Of a stretch of DNA of 64,000 bases, positions 9,993 through 21,396 are shown piece after piece (position 1 is the first letter of the stretch; every line of letters begins with the position of its first letter). The translations under genes were made by a program, and so were the position numbers. The DNA comes from Candidatus Latescibacterota bacterium (lineage in GTDB: Bacteria; Latescibacterota; UBA2968; UBA8231), in contig OZ242214.1 of NCBI GenBank assembly GCA_965206595.1, positions 5,952,001-6,016,000 of the forward strand, given 5' to 3'. Under the pieces are notes generated by a model, which made no database searches, was not told the DNA's origin, and saw nothing but the letters and a program-made list of their open reading frames with translations.

Positions 9993-11549
9993 GGGTGTAG
10001 CCGCGTTTTTACGCAGCCATGGTGTAGGGTTGCGAGGTGGTCTTTTTTAGGTACCAGCTCCAGAAGGCCTCCCATCGTTTCGATTGCACGTGGACTCGTA
10101 GGTTGAGAATCTGCTGTCCGCCTTCGCGCGTCCAGCGCATGCCGCTTCGTTTGAGTCGATGACCGACCAGGGTTTTGGCGGCCGCCTCCACGGGACCACT
10201 GGAGAGGATCAAGCCCGAAGCGTGATAGCCGGCGTAGTCCATTTTATCCCGGTTGTTGCGGAAGTAGCCCAGTTCGGTGGTCGCCTGACGATGGCGTGCT
10301 GATCCTTTTGGGAGTTGGCGCCGATGGTAGGCCAGGGAACGGATCAGACCCTGAACGGCACCCGGCTCATGGCGCAGTTTGTGGCGCCATCGTCGATACC
10401 AGCGAAAAGCTTTTCCCGACCGCTTGCCGAAGAGGTGCTCGGCGGCCTTCGACAGGTGCTGGGCGGCGTGGTAGAAGTCGAGAATGCGGGTGAAGCCGTC
10501 GAACACCCTGAGCCCATCCACGGTACGCCAGATCTCGCGCTTGCCGTCGGCCAACACCACCCGGTGCTCGTAGCTCCCTTGCTGCAGGGCCCGATCCGTC
10601 TGGTTCACCAGGCCGTTGACCAAAGTTTCCATTTTTGCCTCCGGCATGCGCGCGGCATAGCGCACGTCGACGCGTTGGGGCTCTTCCCTGTCGGGATCCA
10701 GCGGCGTCAGGTAGGTGGCGACTATGCCCACCCCCGCCTCTTTCCAGGCCGTGGGGGCGCTGTCGGTTTCGCTGTCCATCGGTCGTTCGGCGGGCCGTCC
10801 GCGCTTGGGTGCCGGTTCCCGCAGGGGCACGGTAACTCCGTCCCAACTAACCACCAGGGTGTCGCCCTCGGGATCCAGCGGCGCCGCTGCTTGCAAGGCC
10901 AACTCGAGTTGTTCGGCGTGGTCCTCGGCATACTGGCCGACCCGGGTCAACAGCTGCTGAATGGCCGTGCGCGAGGGCGGCTCGGGCAGCAGCTCCCCCA
11001 AGCAGTCCCGGACCTCGGCAGGGACCATGCCGGCGCCCAGAAACGCCGTCAGGCGCTCCCGTTCCGGCACCATGAATCGCTTGACCATGCCGCAGCGCTC
11101 ATCCAAAGGCACCCGGCTCGGTCCGCCGCGATCGGGCTGATACAGCCGCCGCGCCACCACAACCTTGCCCCACAGGGTCATCCACTCCTTGTCGACCACC
11201 TGCTTGAATCGGTACACCTTCCCCTGGTGTACCACGGTGTCGTCGTCCAATTCACAAGCTTGAGCCAAGCGTTGGAAACCGCTTCGACCGATGTCGTCCA
11301 AACACGATCGAAACTCCCCCAGCATCTGGCGAAAGGCATCCGGTCCTGCTTGCCCGGACTGCAGGCGATGTTCCCACTGCCGGACATTTTCCTGCAGGTT
11401 GGTCAGGCGAGCGCTCCAATCTTGCGTATCTTCCATCCGGGACCCCTTTCCGGTTTTTGGGCGTAAGTGCATATACCCAAAAGTACAACTCGTCCCCGGA
11501 ATTGGGGTCCCACTCTTGTTAAGAAATGCGTAAAATGGAGGCTACACCC
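9993..11549 (-). mobile_element. ISKra4-family element nested in IS1380
   Basis: IR GGGTGTAGCC / GGCTACACCC; 8-bp TSD AAAGGAAG at 9985-9992 and 11550-11557. Confidence 0.9.
10009..11436 (-). CDS. ISKra4-family transposase, apparently intact
   Basis: SWDG, LADG, ILDFYHA, SSGPVEAAAK, RLKRSGMRW motifs. Confidence 0.9.
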   Translation of the reverse strand: MEDTQDWSARLTNLQENVRQWEHRLQSGQAGPDAFRQMLGEFRSCLDDIGRSGFQRLAQACELDDDTVVHQGKVYRFKQVVDKEWMTLWGKVVVARRLYQPDRGGPSRVPLDERCGMVKRFMVPERERLTAFLGAGMVPAEVRDCLGELLPEPPSRTAIQQLLTRVGQYAEDHAEQLELALQAAAPLDPEGDTLVVSWDGVTVPLREPAPKRGRPAERPMDSETDSAPTAWKEAGVGIVATYLTPLDPDREEPQRVDVRYAARMPEAKMETLVNGLVNQTDRALQQGSYEHRVVLADGKREIWRTVDGLRVFDGFTRILDFYHAAQHLSKAAEHLFGKRSGKAFRWYRRWRHKLRHEPGAVQGLIRSLAYHRRQLPKGSARHRQATTELGYFRNNRDKMDYAGYHASGLILSSGPVEAAAKTLVGHRLKRSGMRWTREGGQQILNLRVHVQSKRWEAFWSWYLKKTTSQPYTMAA

Positions 11550-11935
11550 AAAGGAAGTAAGTTGTTGATCTTCGAAACGAAGTCGGGGAAGCTTGTAAAA
11601 ACGGGCAAAAACCGCTTGTTTGCTGTACTTCACTTGCGGTGTCCTCCAGGAATGGGGTCGATAATGTTTTGGTCAATATCATCGATACCCAATTCCCAGA
11701 GGCGCCGCAAGTGACTATGTGCTCAAGCAGCAGGGGAAATAGCCCACTTTTATGCAACCAGAGGGTCGATGTAGGTATCGAGGTTCGGGTCGGTTGTTCT
11801 AATCGTGTTTCGCACCTCTTTTCAGCACCCGGGGCGGAGCCAAACACTCGATGTCGAGTAAACTTTTCAGCTGCGACTGGCTGGTGTTTGGCGAGCTTCG
11901 AATGAACCCCTACCTCCCGAAATAGGAGAACAACG

Positions 11936-14900
11936 ATGCCGATGCTCAATATTGGATCGAGCAAGCAGCTCTTCTTCGATGATTACCTGATTGAGAGCCT
12001 GGTCAACGCAAAACGGGGACTTAACCCCGCCGTAGAAGTGGACGACAATCCCGTCCTCCGGCCTGAGCGTCCGTGGGAAGGAAACTTCATGCGGCCCGCC
12101 AAGGTGATCTTTGACGGGCGCCTTAGCCAATTGTTACAGCGTAATACAGGTGCGTATATGTATATTTTACAATACGTTGCCTTCTGTTGCCGCATCCCCT
12201 GCGGCGCGCTCCCCTGATTTCAGAAAGAAGGGGAGCGATGAGTGCCATTCTTTCTCTGGAAGTCTTTCAGGAGCGGCAGTGTCAGGAGCGCTTTCGAAGC
12301 CGAGCGCATGCCGCCTTGGACCGGTTCCTGGATCGGCTGGAGACCCCAATGAGCGAGCCCGGATCTTGTGCGCCGACGTTGATGGAGATCACCGAGGCGG
12401 TGTCCCAAGAGCGCTGCGGGTTCACCGCGGCGTTGGTGGAAGCCTTCATCGAACGCCGCCACGGACCGTTCTTGGCGCAAGAAGAGGCGGCCTGCCCCAA
12501 GTGTGAGCGCCTCCTGCAGGCTAAGGCCGTCGCGTTCGCGCACGGTGGAAACGCTGCTGGGTGCGGTGACCTTGGAGCGGCCCTATTTCTACTGCGCGGC
12601 CTGTCACCACGGGTTCTATCCGCTGGACGAAGCCCTGGGTCTGTCGGGGCAGTGCAAGCAGTGGGACGTGCAGCAGGCCGGGGTCAAGCTGGCGCTGGAG
12701 ATGCCCCACGAGCTTAGCCTCGAAGCTGCTGGACGAGCTCACCGACGCGTCGATGAGCGATTGCGCGATCCACGACGTGCTGCACCGGACCGGGTCGTTG
12801 CAGGTGCTGCATGTCTGTCCGGATGCGGCCGATATCCAGGATCGCATTGCCCAGGCGGCCGCCGGGCGCAAGTGGCGGCCCATCGTGGTGTTGGCCATCG
12901 ATGCGGCGGTCGTGCTCAGTCGCCCGGAGACGGCCAAAGGCACCCGGCCGGGCCGCAAGAAGAGCCGGGCTCGGCGCCGGCGCTGGCAGGGCGAGTATCG
13001 CGAGGCCAAGGGGTTCCGTTTCTACCTGATAGATGACGAACGCATCGTGCACTTGATCTCCTGGCACCAGATGGGCGACGAACAGGCCTTCGGCGCGGCC
13101 TTGCGCCAGGTCAAGGAGGCCGGCCGTGATCCCGGAGGACCAGGTGCGCCTGTGTGCCGTCGCCGATGGCGCCCCGTGGATCTGGAAGTGGGTGGAAGAG
13201 CTGTTCCCCAGCGCCCGTCAGATCCTCGACTACTATCACTGCAGCAGCTACCTGCACGCGGTGGCCGAGGCCCAGTACGGCGCCGATCCGGAAGGCGCCA
13301 CCCAGTGGCTGGAAGCGAGTCTGGCGCGCCTGTTCTGCGGCGAGGGCGCCGGCGTAGTCTGGGGGCTGCAGCGCATGAAGCCGGCCGGGGAAGAAGCCGG
13401 CGAGGCGATCACTTCGGCCCTGAGCTACTTGCAGAAGCGCCTGCACCAGGTGGATTTCGGCAGTCACCGCAAGGGCGGATACCCGATCGGCTCGGGTGCG
13501 ATCGAATCGGCGCATCGCTTCATCGGCCAGGTTCGTCTGAAACGATCCGGCGCCTGGTGGTATAAGGAAAACAGCAACGCCATTCTTGCCTTGCGTTGCG
13601 CCTTATACAATGGAACCCTTGATCGGGTCTTTCAGCAGCACCGCGATACCCTCGAACGACCACCGTAATCGCAACAATCAGCTAAGGCTCCCTCTTTGAC
13701 CCGATAGACCAGATCTTCAGGATGTGGTATACCTCCGCAACCATAACTGTGCGCCTGGAAAACGGGAAACCGGTTCCCGGCGGTGCCGCGGGGCTTGTCC
13801 TTGACCAGCGGGGCGATGCGACGTGCCTGGCGACCTCCGAGGATGGAATTCACTGGGAGCGGCCATCACTGGGACTGGTTGAATTCGACGGCTCGACGGA
13901 CAACAACATCCTCCCCGAAAAGGAGGGGCTGCCCACGGCACCGGCGTTCCAAGATCTGCACGAGAAAGATCCTGCCAAACGCTACAAGGCAATGCGGCTG
14001 ACCGGGGGCACGCAGACACGGGGGATGCAATACGATCTCTTCTATTCCCCGGATGCAATCGAATGGACTCCCTGCGAAGGCAACCCCGTCATCGATACCG
14101 GCAAGGAGCTGGGGCGTTGGTCGGGTCGTTTCCAGGGATGGGACCCGATACGCGAGACTTACTACGTCACCATGGAAGCCGGCCACCACTGGCGGGGACC
14201 TTACGGCAAACGGCTGATCGGCAGAGCGGAAAGCCCGGACATGATTCACTGGAGCGAGCCGGAGATCATCCTTGTGCCAGACGAGGACGACTACCCCGAC
14301 ACCGAGTTCTACAGCCTGCCGGTCATCCCCTACGAAGGTATCTATGTCGGGTTGCTGTGGATCTTCCGCACCACCAACGTGACCCATCATCCGGAGGTCA
14401 TCTTCAGTCGGGCTGGATTTTACTTTCAGCGGAACTACCGGGAACCCTACATCCCGCGTGGCGGCTCGCGAGCGGACTTCGACTTCAGCAGCGTCTACGC
14501 TCAAGACACCATCGTTCACGGGGACCGCATCTTCACCTACTACATCGGCACCAACAGCCGGTCTCCTGAAATCGCCCTGGAGCTGGGCGACAAGTCCGCG
14601 GAGGGCATCGGACTGGCGGTCTCACGCCTTGACGGGTTTGTCTCTCTCGACAGCGGGAAGGGCTGGGTGGTAAAGGACAGGTCCGAGGAGGAACTACAGC
14701 ACATCTATGGCGAGCGGGAAATCTTCCAGGAGCCTGAGTCCTTCGGCCAGATGACGACCCGCCCGTTCGGGTTCTCCGGATCGCGCTTGTACCTGAACAC
14801 AAGCATGGCACCGATGGCGGCTGGACCGGGTCCCGGCGAAGTCAAGGTGGAAATTTCAAGGGCGAATCATAAGAAGTTGCCCGGATTCAGCTTCGACGAT

Positions 14901-15086
14901 GCCGATCCAATCACGGAAACAAGCACTGCCCACCCTGTCTCGTGGAACGGGAATTCCGATTTAAGTGCACTGGCCGGAAAGCCGATTAAGCTGCGTTTCT
15001 ATTTCAAGAACGCCAAGCTTTACTCTTTTCAATTCAAGAAATACGGTTCGCCGCGGCGGCACGCGGGCGCTTCGGCGGGAGCGTGA
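11936..15086 (+). pseudogene. Five-bladed beta-propeller glycoside hydrolase-like gene split by ISKra4 (11936-12115 + 13701-15086)
   Basis: KQLFFDDYLI, NPVLRPERPWEG, SEDGIHW, RLDGFVSL; frame restored as KVIFD-PIDQIFRMWY. Confidence 0.8.
12116..13692 (+). mobile_element. ISKra4-family element with multiply frameshifted transposase (~12238-13668)
   Basis: IR GGGCGCCTTAGC / GCTAAGGCTCCC; TSD TCTTTGAC at 12108-12115 and 13693-13700; ADGAPWIW, LDYYH, GSGAIES motifs. Confidence 0.9.
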
Positions 15087-15171
15087 CGAGTCGGCCGCAC
15101 CTCTTCTGCCAGTTCGGCGCCAGCTCGGCCAGCGCAGTCCGTCATGATCTCATGCCGGGGATTTCGCTATA

Positions 15172-15953
15172 ATGGGAAATTTAAACCCGATGACACGGGA
15201 GCACCTTGAAATGGGAGACGATGCCCGCGGCTTCTTCAAAGAAAACGGATACTACCTGGCGCGTGGCGTCTATTCACCACGGGAAATTTGCCTGCTCCGG
15301 GAGGAGTTCGACCGCATTGTTCATCAGGTTACCGAAAGCGGCGGGCCCGGTGCAGGGCCCAATGCGGCAGAGGACAACGGCATCGTCTCGACTTATAACG
15401 TCCAGAAATACTCGGCCTACTGGCTGACCCACGGGTTGCTGCACAGGCCGTTCCTCGATCTCGCAGAACAGTTCATCGGGTCGGCGTCCTGCAGCGAACG
15501 AGCCTGTACGAAAAGAGAAAAGCCGATGTCGTCGGTCCGTTCCGAATGCACCAGGACTGGATTTACGGACCGATGGAGAAGGACTCCATGGTCGCGGGGA
15601 TGATCCACGTCGCCAGGGGCACCGCGCCCATGGGCGCGGTGCGTATCTACCCGGGCAGTAATCGCACGCGGATGGAGAACGCCCGAACCTCGGACGAAGA
15701 CTTCGACCGGAGATTCCCTCTCGAAGACGCCTTGGTGATCGAAGGAGAGGCCGGCGACGTCCTCTTTTTCCACTACCGCCTGGTCCACGGCTCGAAGTCC
15801 AACGAAATCGACGAGCCCAGGAAAATCGTGCACGTCAGGATGTTCTCGGGCGGCGACCGCCGTGAGAACCACAACCAGCCTTTCGAAAACCTCGTGCTGC
15901 GCGGCTGGAATTCCCACGCAAACGCTGCCAACGCCACGTCCGACAACCCGTGA
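15172..15953 (+). pseudogene. Phytanoyl-CoA dioxygenase family, frameshifted near 15480-15545
   Basis: FFKENGYY, HQD, GDVLFFHYRLVHGS found in two frames. Confidence 0.75.
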
Positions 15954-16069
15954 TGCCGGTCCGGTGCCCGGATCTGATGGCTGGGCGGCCGGCACGATGC
16001 CGGCGGGGCTGGCGCGGGGCGAGAAAGCAGGTCAGGCGGCGAACTCGAGCTGCCGCTGCCGCCTGCATC

Positions 16070-17050
16070 CTACGCGGTTGGCAGCACCTCCGGGTTGACG
16101 CAGTACTCCGGAGCCTCCCCGTTCAGCACCTTCACCATGCTCGTCGCCATGGAGTGGTAGATCCGCGCCATGGCCACCTCGCTCGTACCGACGGTGTGGG
16201 GGGAGAACAGACAGCGCCGGTCGCGGAACAGCCGGTGGCTCGCGTCGGGCGGCTCTTCCTCGAACACGTCGAGGCCCACTGCACTCAGCTGCCCGGACTC
16301 CAGACCGTCGGCGAGGACATCGTAGCTCTCGACGACTCCACCGCGTGCGGTGTTGATGAAGACGGCGCCCGGTTTCATGCGGGCCACGGCCGCTGCGTCA
16401 ATCAGTCCTCGCGTGTCGTCGTTCAGCGGAACGTGCATCGATATGTAGTCACTGCGCGCCAGAAGCTCGTCGAGCGCCACGACGGTGACGCCGATTTCGC
16501 TCACACTTTCCTGCCCTACGACGGGATCGTACCCGAGTATCTCCATCTCGAAAGGCTGCAGAAGCCGGGCGAGCCGGGCCCCGATGCGGCCGAGACCGAT
16601 GATGCCGAGGGTTCGGGTGGTCATATCGCCGGTGAGAAAGTGGAAACGCTCATGCCAGCGACCTGCGCGAACCATCGCGTCTGCCTGCGGCAGGCGCTTG
16701 ACCAGGGACAGCAGGATGGCCAGCGCGCCCTCGGCCACGGCAAACCCGCCTACCGGCGCATACACGAGGGGAATCTCGCGGGCCGTCGCAGCTTCGACGT
16801 CGACGGTGTCGTAGCCGGCGCCGGGCCGCCCGATCACGCGCAGCTGGGGAGCGGCCTGTATGATCCCGGCCGAGATGCGGATCTCCATTCCCCTGCTGAC
16901 GATGCCGATGGCGTCGCCAAGCGAGGAGACCAGGGTCTCCTCGTCGGGAGCGCTTTCCACGGGAGCGACTGTTTGCAAGACCTCGATCGCCTCGGGGCCG
17001 ATCGCGCCGGTGGTCAGGATGCGTTTTCCTGAATAGTCGGTTCCGTTCAT
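16070..17050 (-). CDS. D-2-hydroxyacid dehydrogenase (SerA-like)
   Basis: GIIGLGRIG, INTARG, GLDVFEEEP, SPH. Confidence 0.9.
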   Translation of the reverse strand: MNGTDYSGKRILTTGAIGPEAIEVLQTVAPVESAPDEETLVSSLGDAIGIVSRGMEIRISAGIIQAAPQLRVIGRPGAGYDTVDVEAATAREIPLVYAPVGGFAVAEGALAILLSLVKRLPQADAMVRAGRWHERFHFLTGDMTTRTLGIIGLGRIGARLARLLQPFEMEILGYDPVVGQESVSEIGVTVVALDELLARSDYISMHVPLNDDTRGLIDAAAVARMKPGAVFINTARGGVVESYDVLADGLESGQLSAVGLDVFEEEPPDASHRLFRDRRCLFSPHTVGTSEVAMARIYHSMATSMVKVLNGEAPEYCVNPEVLPTA

Positions 17051-17268
17051 GTCAGGGCTGAGCCTCCTTTGTGGGAGCCTGACGGGTCGCGGGCGTCAAG
17101 CCGAACCTGCTCTCGCTCGAACGTGCCGGAGCCCGAGCCTGATCTCGGAGATGCCTATCTCAAAACGACCGTCTCACCCAGGATCGGACTGAGAATGACA
17201 AACTGAAGTGCCTTGGGATCGTCGGCGAGACCGAGATGGGTCCAGCCCCGTCAGCAGGTGGCCGTCGA

Positions 17269-19161
17269 TCAACGCAGTAAGGTCAATTTGCGGCTCAGAC
17301 GGATGGAGCCGGCATCCAACTGGTAGAAGTAGGTCCCGCTGGAAACGGGCGTTCCGCTTTCATCCAGACCGTCCCAGTTCACTTGGATGGCCCCCGTCCC
17401 CGCCTTCCCTTTCCACACCATGCGCACCGGTTGTCCGAGGGCATTGAAGATGCGCAGGGTTGCATCCACCTGCTTCCCATAGGGGATGGAGATGGTGAAG
17501 GGTATGACCGTTCTGGAGTTGAAGGGGTTCGGGAAGTTCTCCTGCAGGGAGAAACGGGGCGGTCCGCTTGAGGAACCAGTCTCCTCCACGAGGGTTGGCC
17601 GCCGGATGATCTCGGGCGGCCCCGAGGTGTCCAGTTGCTCGATCAGGGCGGCAGCCGGTGCCGACCGGGGGGAATCCACCCAGGGCTGGGTGCGAACCAC
17701 CCGCCCATCGGACAACTCGAGAACCAGGGTCCACTCGGTCCATTCCCTCTGGCTCCCCCCATCCTCCACATAGCAGTCGATGTTGCCCGTTGCCCGGCGC
17801 TCCCGGAGCACGCCAGGTAGATCCGGGTTGAAGTCGAACATGGGGTCCAGGGTCATTTCCTCGGCCGACAAGGTTGTGTAAAGCCGGGTGAGATAGGGAT
17901 ACTCCTCGAACAACTCCTGGGCGGCCCTCAGGGGCTCGACCACGACCGCTTCCAGTTCGTCGAGTAAGGCCTTCAGATCGTATTCGTCTCCTTTCATGTA
18001 CTCGGCGAAGTCCCGCATGTTGCCGTAGAACCAGGACTCCGCCCTGGAGAGGAGCCATCCTTCCTCCGCCGCCTGGTCATAGGCCTGCCGGTCGCCCTTG
18101 AAAATCACCTGCAGCACCCCTTCTTCCAGGACGCGTTTCGACATGGGAAGGTGCCGGCGCAGCAGGGCCTGCATCTGGTTGTCCCGAGGGAACCTCTGGC
18201 TCCGCAGGGCATCGAGCAGTTCCGGCGCCTCCTCGATGCCGCGCAGCCCGTCGATGTCGTAGAGGCCTTCGGGGTACAGACGCTGGTCCATGACCTCACT
18301 GGATCCGGCGAAGTCGGTGACAAAAGCGCGGCCCCCGGCCTCGTCGGCGGCTGCGGTCACCAACTGGGAATAGTTCGATCCCGAGAAGATCCAGTCGAGC
18401 AGGGCTTCATTTATATGGACGTGGCGGTAGTTGACGGGGACGGCCCTGTGATCACCCAGAATCCAGACAAAGACGGGCATGTCCGGCTGTACAGCGACGG
18501 CAGTCAGGCGGATGGGGATCCCCGGGCGTTCGGCCTTGTAGGTCAGGGCGATGGGCAGCAGATCGCCTACTCCGCGATCCGGCGCCAGGCGAAGGGCCAG
18601 GAAGTAGTATCCCCCTTCGACGTATGGGGACAACAGTTCCGGTCCGGTGTCCCCTAGCTGATAGTTGTTGTCGGTGAGCCAGTCCACCACCGCCTGGGGG
18701 TCGTCCGCGGTTATCACCACACTCTCGTAGGGGCCGACGCGATCCTCGAAAACGACCTCCACGGGAGGGCCACCGCCGGTGTCAGCGCAGACGCTGCATC
18801 CGCCCAGGAAGTCTTCCATTCCGTAACCGCACGCTTCTTCAAACTCCCAGTCGAGATCGAGGAAAAAGGTTGGACTGGTGGCGGAACCCAGCTGGCGGAA
18901 GAGTTCGTTGTGGCTGACCCGGATCTCGGGAAGGGAGGGAACCGGCAGGATCCAGGCGAAGTCGGCGGCCTCGCCGGTGTACTGGATCTGCACGTGGGTC
19001 GTCACAACGCCGTCCCTGGCAGCGAAGAGGATGCGTTCCCCCGCCTGGTCCATCGGGGCGGTCGTGCAGAAGAAACCTCCGCACGCCCGGACGGCTTCGG
19101 GTCCGGCGAGCAACGACAGTTCCAATCCTGCCAGGATCGGCAACAGAAGCATGTACTTCAT
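17269..19161 (-). CDS. Secreted DUF2330-domain protein with C-terminal FlgD-Ig domain
   Basis: RBS GGAGG, signal peptide MKYMLLL..., ACGGFFC, FAWILPVP; C-terminal ENFPNPFNSRT...WDG...SSGTYFYQL. Confidence 0.8.
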   Translation of the reverse strand: MKYMLLLPILAGLELSLLAGPEAVRACGGFFCTTAPMDQAGERILFAARDGVVTTHVQIQYTGEAADFAWILPVPSLPEIRVSHNELFRQLGSATSPTFFLDLDWEFEEACGYGMEDFLGGCSVCADTGGGPPVEVVFEDRVGPYESVVITADDPQAVVDWLTDNNYQLGDTGPELLSPYVEGGYYFLALRLAPDRGVGDLLPIALTYKAERPGIPIRLTAVAVQPDMPVFVWILGDHRAVPVNYRHVHINEALLDWIFSGSNYSQLVTAAADEAGGRAFVTDFAGSSEVMDQRLYPEGLYDIDGLRGIEEAPELLDALRSQRFPRDNQMQALLRRHLPMSKRVLEEGVLQVIFKGDRQAYDQAAEEGWLLSRAESWFYGNMRDFAEYMKGDEYDLKALLDELEAVVVEPLRAAQELFEEYPYLTRLYTTLSAEEMTLDPMFDFNPDLPGVLRERRATGNIDCYVEDGGSQREWTEWTLVLELSDGRVVRTQPWVDSPRSAPAAALIEQLDTSGPPEIIRRPTLVEETGSSSGPPRFSLQENFPNPFNSRTVIPFTISIPYGKQVDATLRIFNALGQPVRMVWKGKAGTGAIQVNWDGLDESGTPVSSGTYFYQLDAGSIRLSRKLTLLR

Positions 19162-19986
19162 ATGGCCTCCTCGCGCTGGGAACGTTGCGCTCACGGCTGG
19201 ATATTCACTTGTCTCGAAACCTCCGTACCTGATATACGAGGCAAATGGGCAACTATGTGAATCCTCAGTCAAGGGGCTGAGGGCATCGCAAGGGCAGGCA
19301 GCTCCGGTCGTGATCACGCCGTTAACGGCGTGATCACGACCATGTGTGATGATCGAGTCTATGACCAGTTCGCGCGTTACGACATCTTTCATTGCCATGA
19401 GCGCATTGCGCATCGCTTCTTTGCCGCGGAGTTCTCCAGGATGCAGTCAACATCAGCGCGGGCAAAGGCGAAATTCAGCTCTTATAGCAGCTGCTTCCTG
19501 GGCGCATCTCCACAATCGGGGTGTACCGTGATCCTGGTCTCCTCGGCAGTCCGGTTCAAGGAGTCATTCTCGTTCTATTGGTGTTTTACGGTATCAAACG
19601 GGTCCTTTTAGGACCTTCAAGTAAATAAATCTTCCTGCTTGACTACCCGCTAAAATAACCACTGCCTCCACCAATCCGTTTTTGATTCCATTGCCAAAAA
19701 GCCCAACCGACAAAACAGAATTGGATATATAGGGAAAACCCTGCGAATGCTTGTATCAAATGACCCTTGGAACCGTAGCGACACCAAGCGGCGAAACCGG
19801 CGATGACCGAGAAGAGTTAGGTAGGAACAATAAAAGCCCTAGGAATTGCTGTGCCGTCTATAAAAAGCTCCCACGCCGCCCAGACATATACGGCCAAAAT
19901 CAAGATTGATTGAATCAATAGGAAAACAATTCGGGCCACGGTTTCACCATTCTGCTCCAGGTTGAAGGGACCGGATACGTGCGATA

Positions 19987-21024
19987 TCAAGATGCACCGC
20001 GCTCTTTCAGGAGCGCTGCCGCCCGGGTCGCGCCGCCGAACTCCGCCCAACCCCGCGGTGTGCCGCCGTGGGCTCCGTCGACGACGGTGGGGTCCGCACC
20101 GCGGTCCAACAGCAGCTTCACGCAGCCCACCGCGTCGTGCTGGGCGGCCAGGTGCATGGCGACAGCGCGCACGCCGTGTCCTTCGCCGCCCCAGTCGTGG
20201 CGCAGATCCGGATCCGCGCCGTGATCGAGCAGCCAGACCGCGGCTTCCACCTTGTCGCTGTAGCAGGCCCACAGCAGCGGCGTGCCGCGGAACGGGTTGG
20301 CGTTGACGTTGGCGCCACGGGCTACGAGTTCTGCCATCGTGTCGCATTGGTTGTTCCGCGCCGCCCAAGACAGCGCCTCGTCGACGACCTCCTGGCGCTC
20401 GAGCGTCCTGTTCCAGGTGGGGAAGAACACCGGGGCGTAGAAGCCGAGGCCTTCCCGCGCGGCAGGCGTCGGATCGCTCCCTTCGAAGAACCTGCTGACG
20501 TCGGCGCCAAGGGCCGCAGCGGCGCGCAGGTTGTCCGGGTACACGGGCGTGAGCACGCCGCCCATGTAAGCCTTGGCATAGAACAGGGCGTACGACAGGG
20601 GCGAACCGCCCTCTCTCCCGTAAGCCTCGTCACGAACGGAGGCCCCGGCCTGCACCAGACGCGCGCCGAGGTCGGTGTGTCCCGCCATGCCGGCGGTGTG
20701 CAGCGGCGTCCAACCGTCGTTGTCGGCCGCGGAAGGGTCCGCGCCTGCGGCCAGGATCATGTCCACCGCCGCGTGCTGCTGCCGAGTGCCGGGATCGAGA
20801 GGAATGGCGATGTCGCCAGTGGCCGCGCGGCAGGCCAGATCGAGCAGGGTGCGCCCGTCGGCATCGGCGGCGGCGGTTACGGAAGGAGAATCGGCAAGGA
20901 TGGCCGCGAGGGACTCGAGATCGCCCGCACGGGCGGCCGTTGCCGCCTGCGTCAGTGCGTCTTCAGCCACGCCGGTCTCCCTGGTCGGGGGGGCGGTCGC
21001 ATCACCTTGGGAAATCCTTGCCAA
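19987..21024 (-). CDS. Ankyrin-repeat protein
   Basis: GWTPLHTA, GTPLLWA, LLLDRGADP repeats. Confidence 0.85.
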   Translation of the reverse strand: MARISQGDATAPPTRETGVAEDALTQAATAARAGDLESLAAILADSPSVTAAADADGRTLLDLACRAATGDIAIPLDPGTRQQHAAVDMILAAGADPSAADNDGWTPLHTAGMAGHTDLGARLVQAGASVRDEAYGREGGSPLSYALFYAKAYMGGVLTPVYPDNLRAAAALGADVSRFFEGSDPTPAAREGLGFYAPVFFPTWNRTLERQEVVDEALSWAARNNQCDTMAELVARGANVNANPFRGTPLLWACYSDKVEAAVWLLDHGADPDLRHDWGGEGHGVRAVAMHLAAQHDAVGCVKLLLDRGADPTVVDGAHGGTPRGWAEFGGATRAAALLKERGAS

Positions 21025-21094
21025 AAAGGGGATGAAGCGCCGGGCACGAGCTCGAATGCTTCGAGTTCCACGTCCGGCAAAAGCGGAGCCGCGT

Positions 21095-21391
21095 TCAGTT
21101 CCGCCCTTGCCGAACTTCCCGCCAAAGCCTCACGGCCAGCGGGAAGTCGCCGTCCCTGAGAGCGACCAGAGCCAGCACCTTGAGGGAATCGCGGGATCGG
21201 TGGAGGGCGCAGGCGCGCTGAGCGCAGGCGCGGGCTCGCGTGCTGCAACCGCGTTCAAGCGCCGCACGTGCGGATCGCCGTTGGCGGTCTGCGGCCTGTT
21301 CGACCGCCAGCACCTGGCGCAAATCGGTCTGGCAGCGATGGCAGCAAAGGCCCCCCTGGTACCGGGCCCTGCAGGTCGGACAGCATTCCAC
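21095..21391 (-). CDS. Small Zn-ribbon (CxxC...CxxC) + TPR-like protein
   Basis: CPTC...CHRCQTDL followed by helical TPR-like segment; 5 bp after the Hsp70 stop. Confidence 0.7.
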   Translation of the reverse strand: MECCPTCRARYQGGLCCHRCQTDLRQVLAVEQAADRQRRSARAALERGCSTRARACAQRACALHRSRDSLKVLALVALRDGDFPLAVRLWREVRQGRN

Positions 21392-21396
21392 GCAGG

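Larger units (their letters stand above)
8648..11765 (-). mobile_element. IS1380-family element, interrupted and frameshifted transposase (~8689-11633)
   Basis: [15 protein letters not shown] motifs; IRs CCCTAACGTTGCATAA / TTATGCAACCAGAGGG; TCGA on both flanks. Confidence 0.8.
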
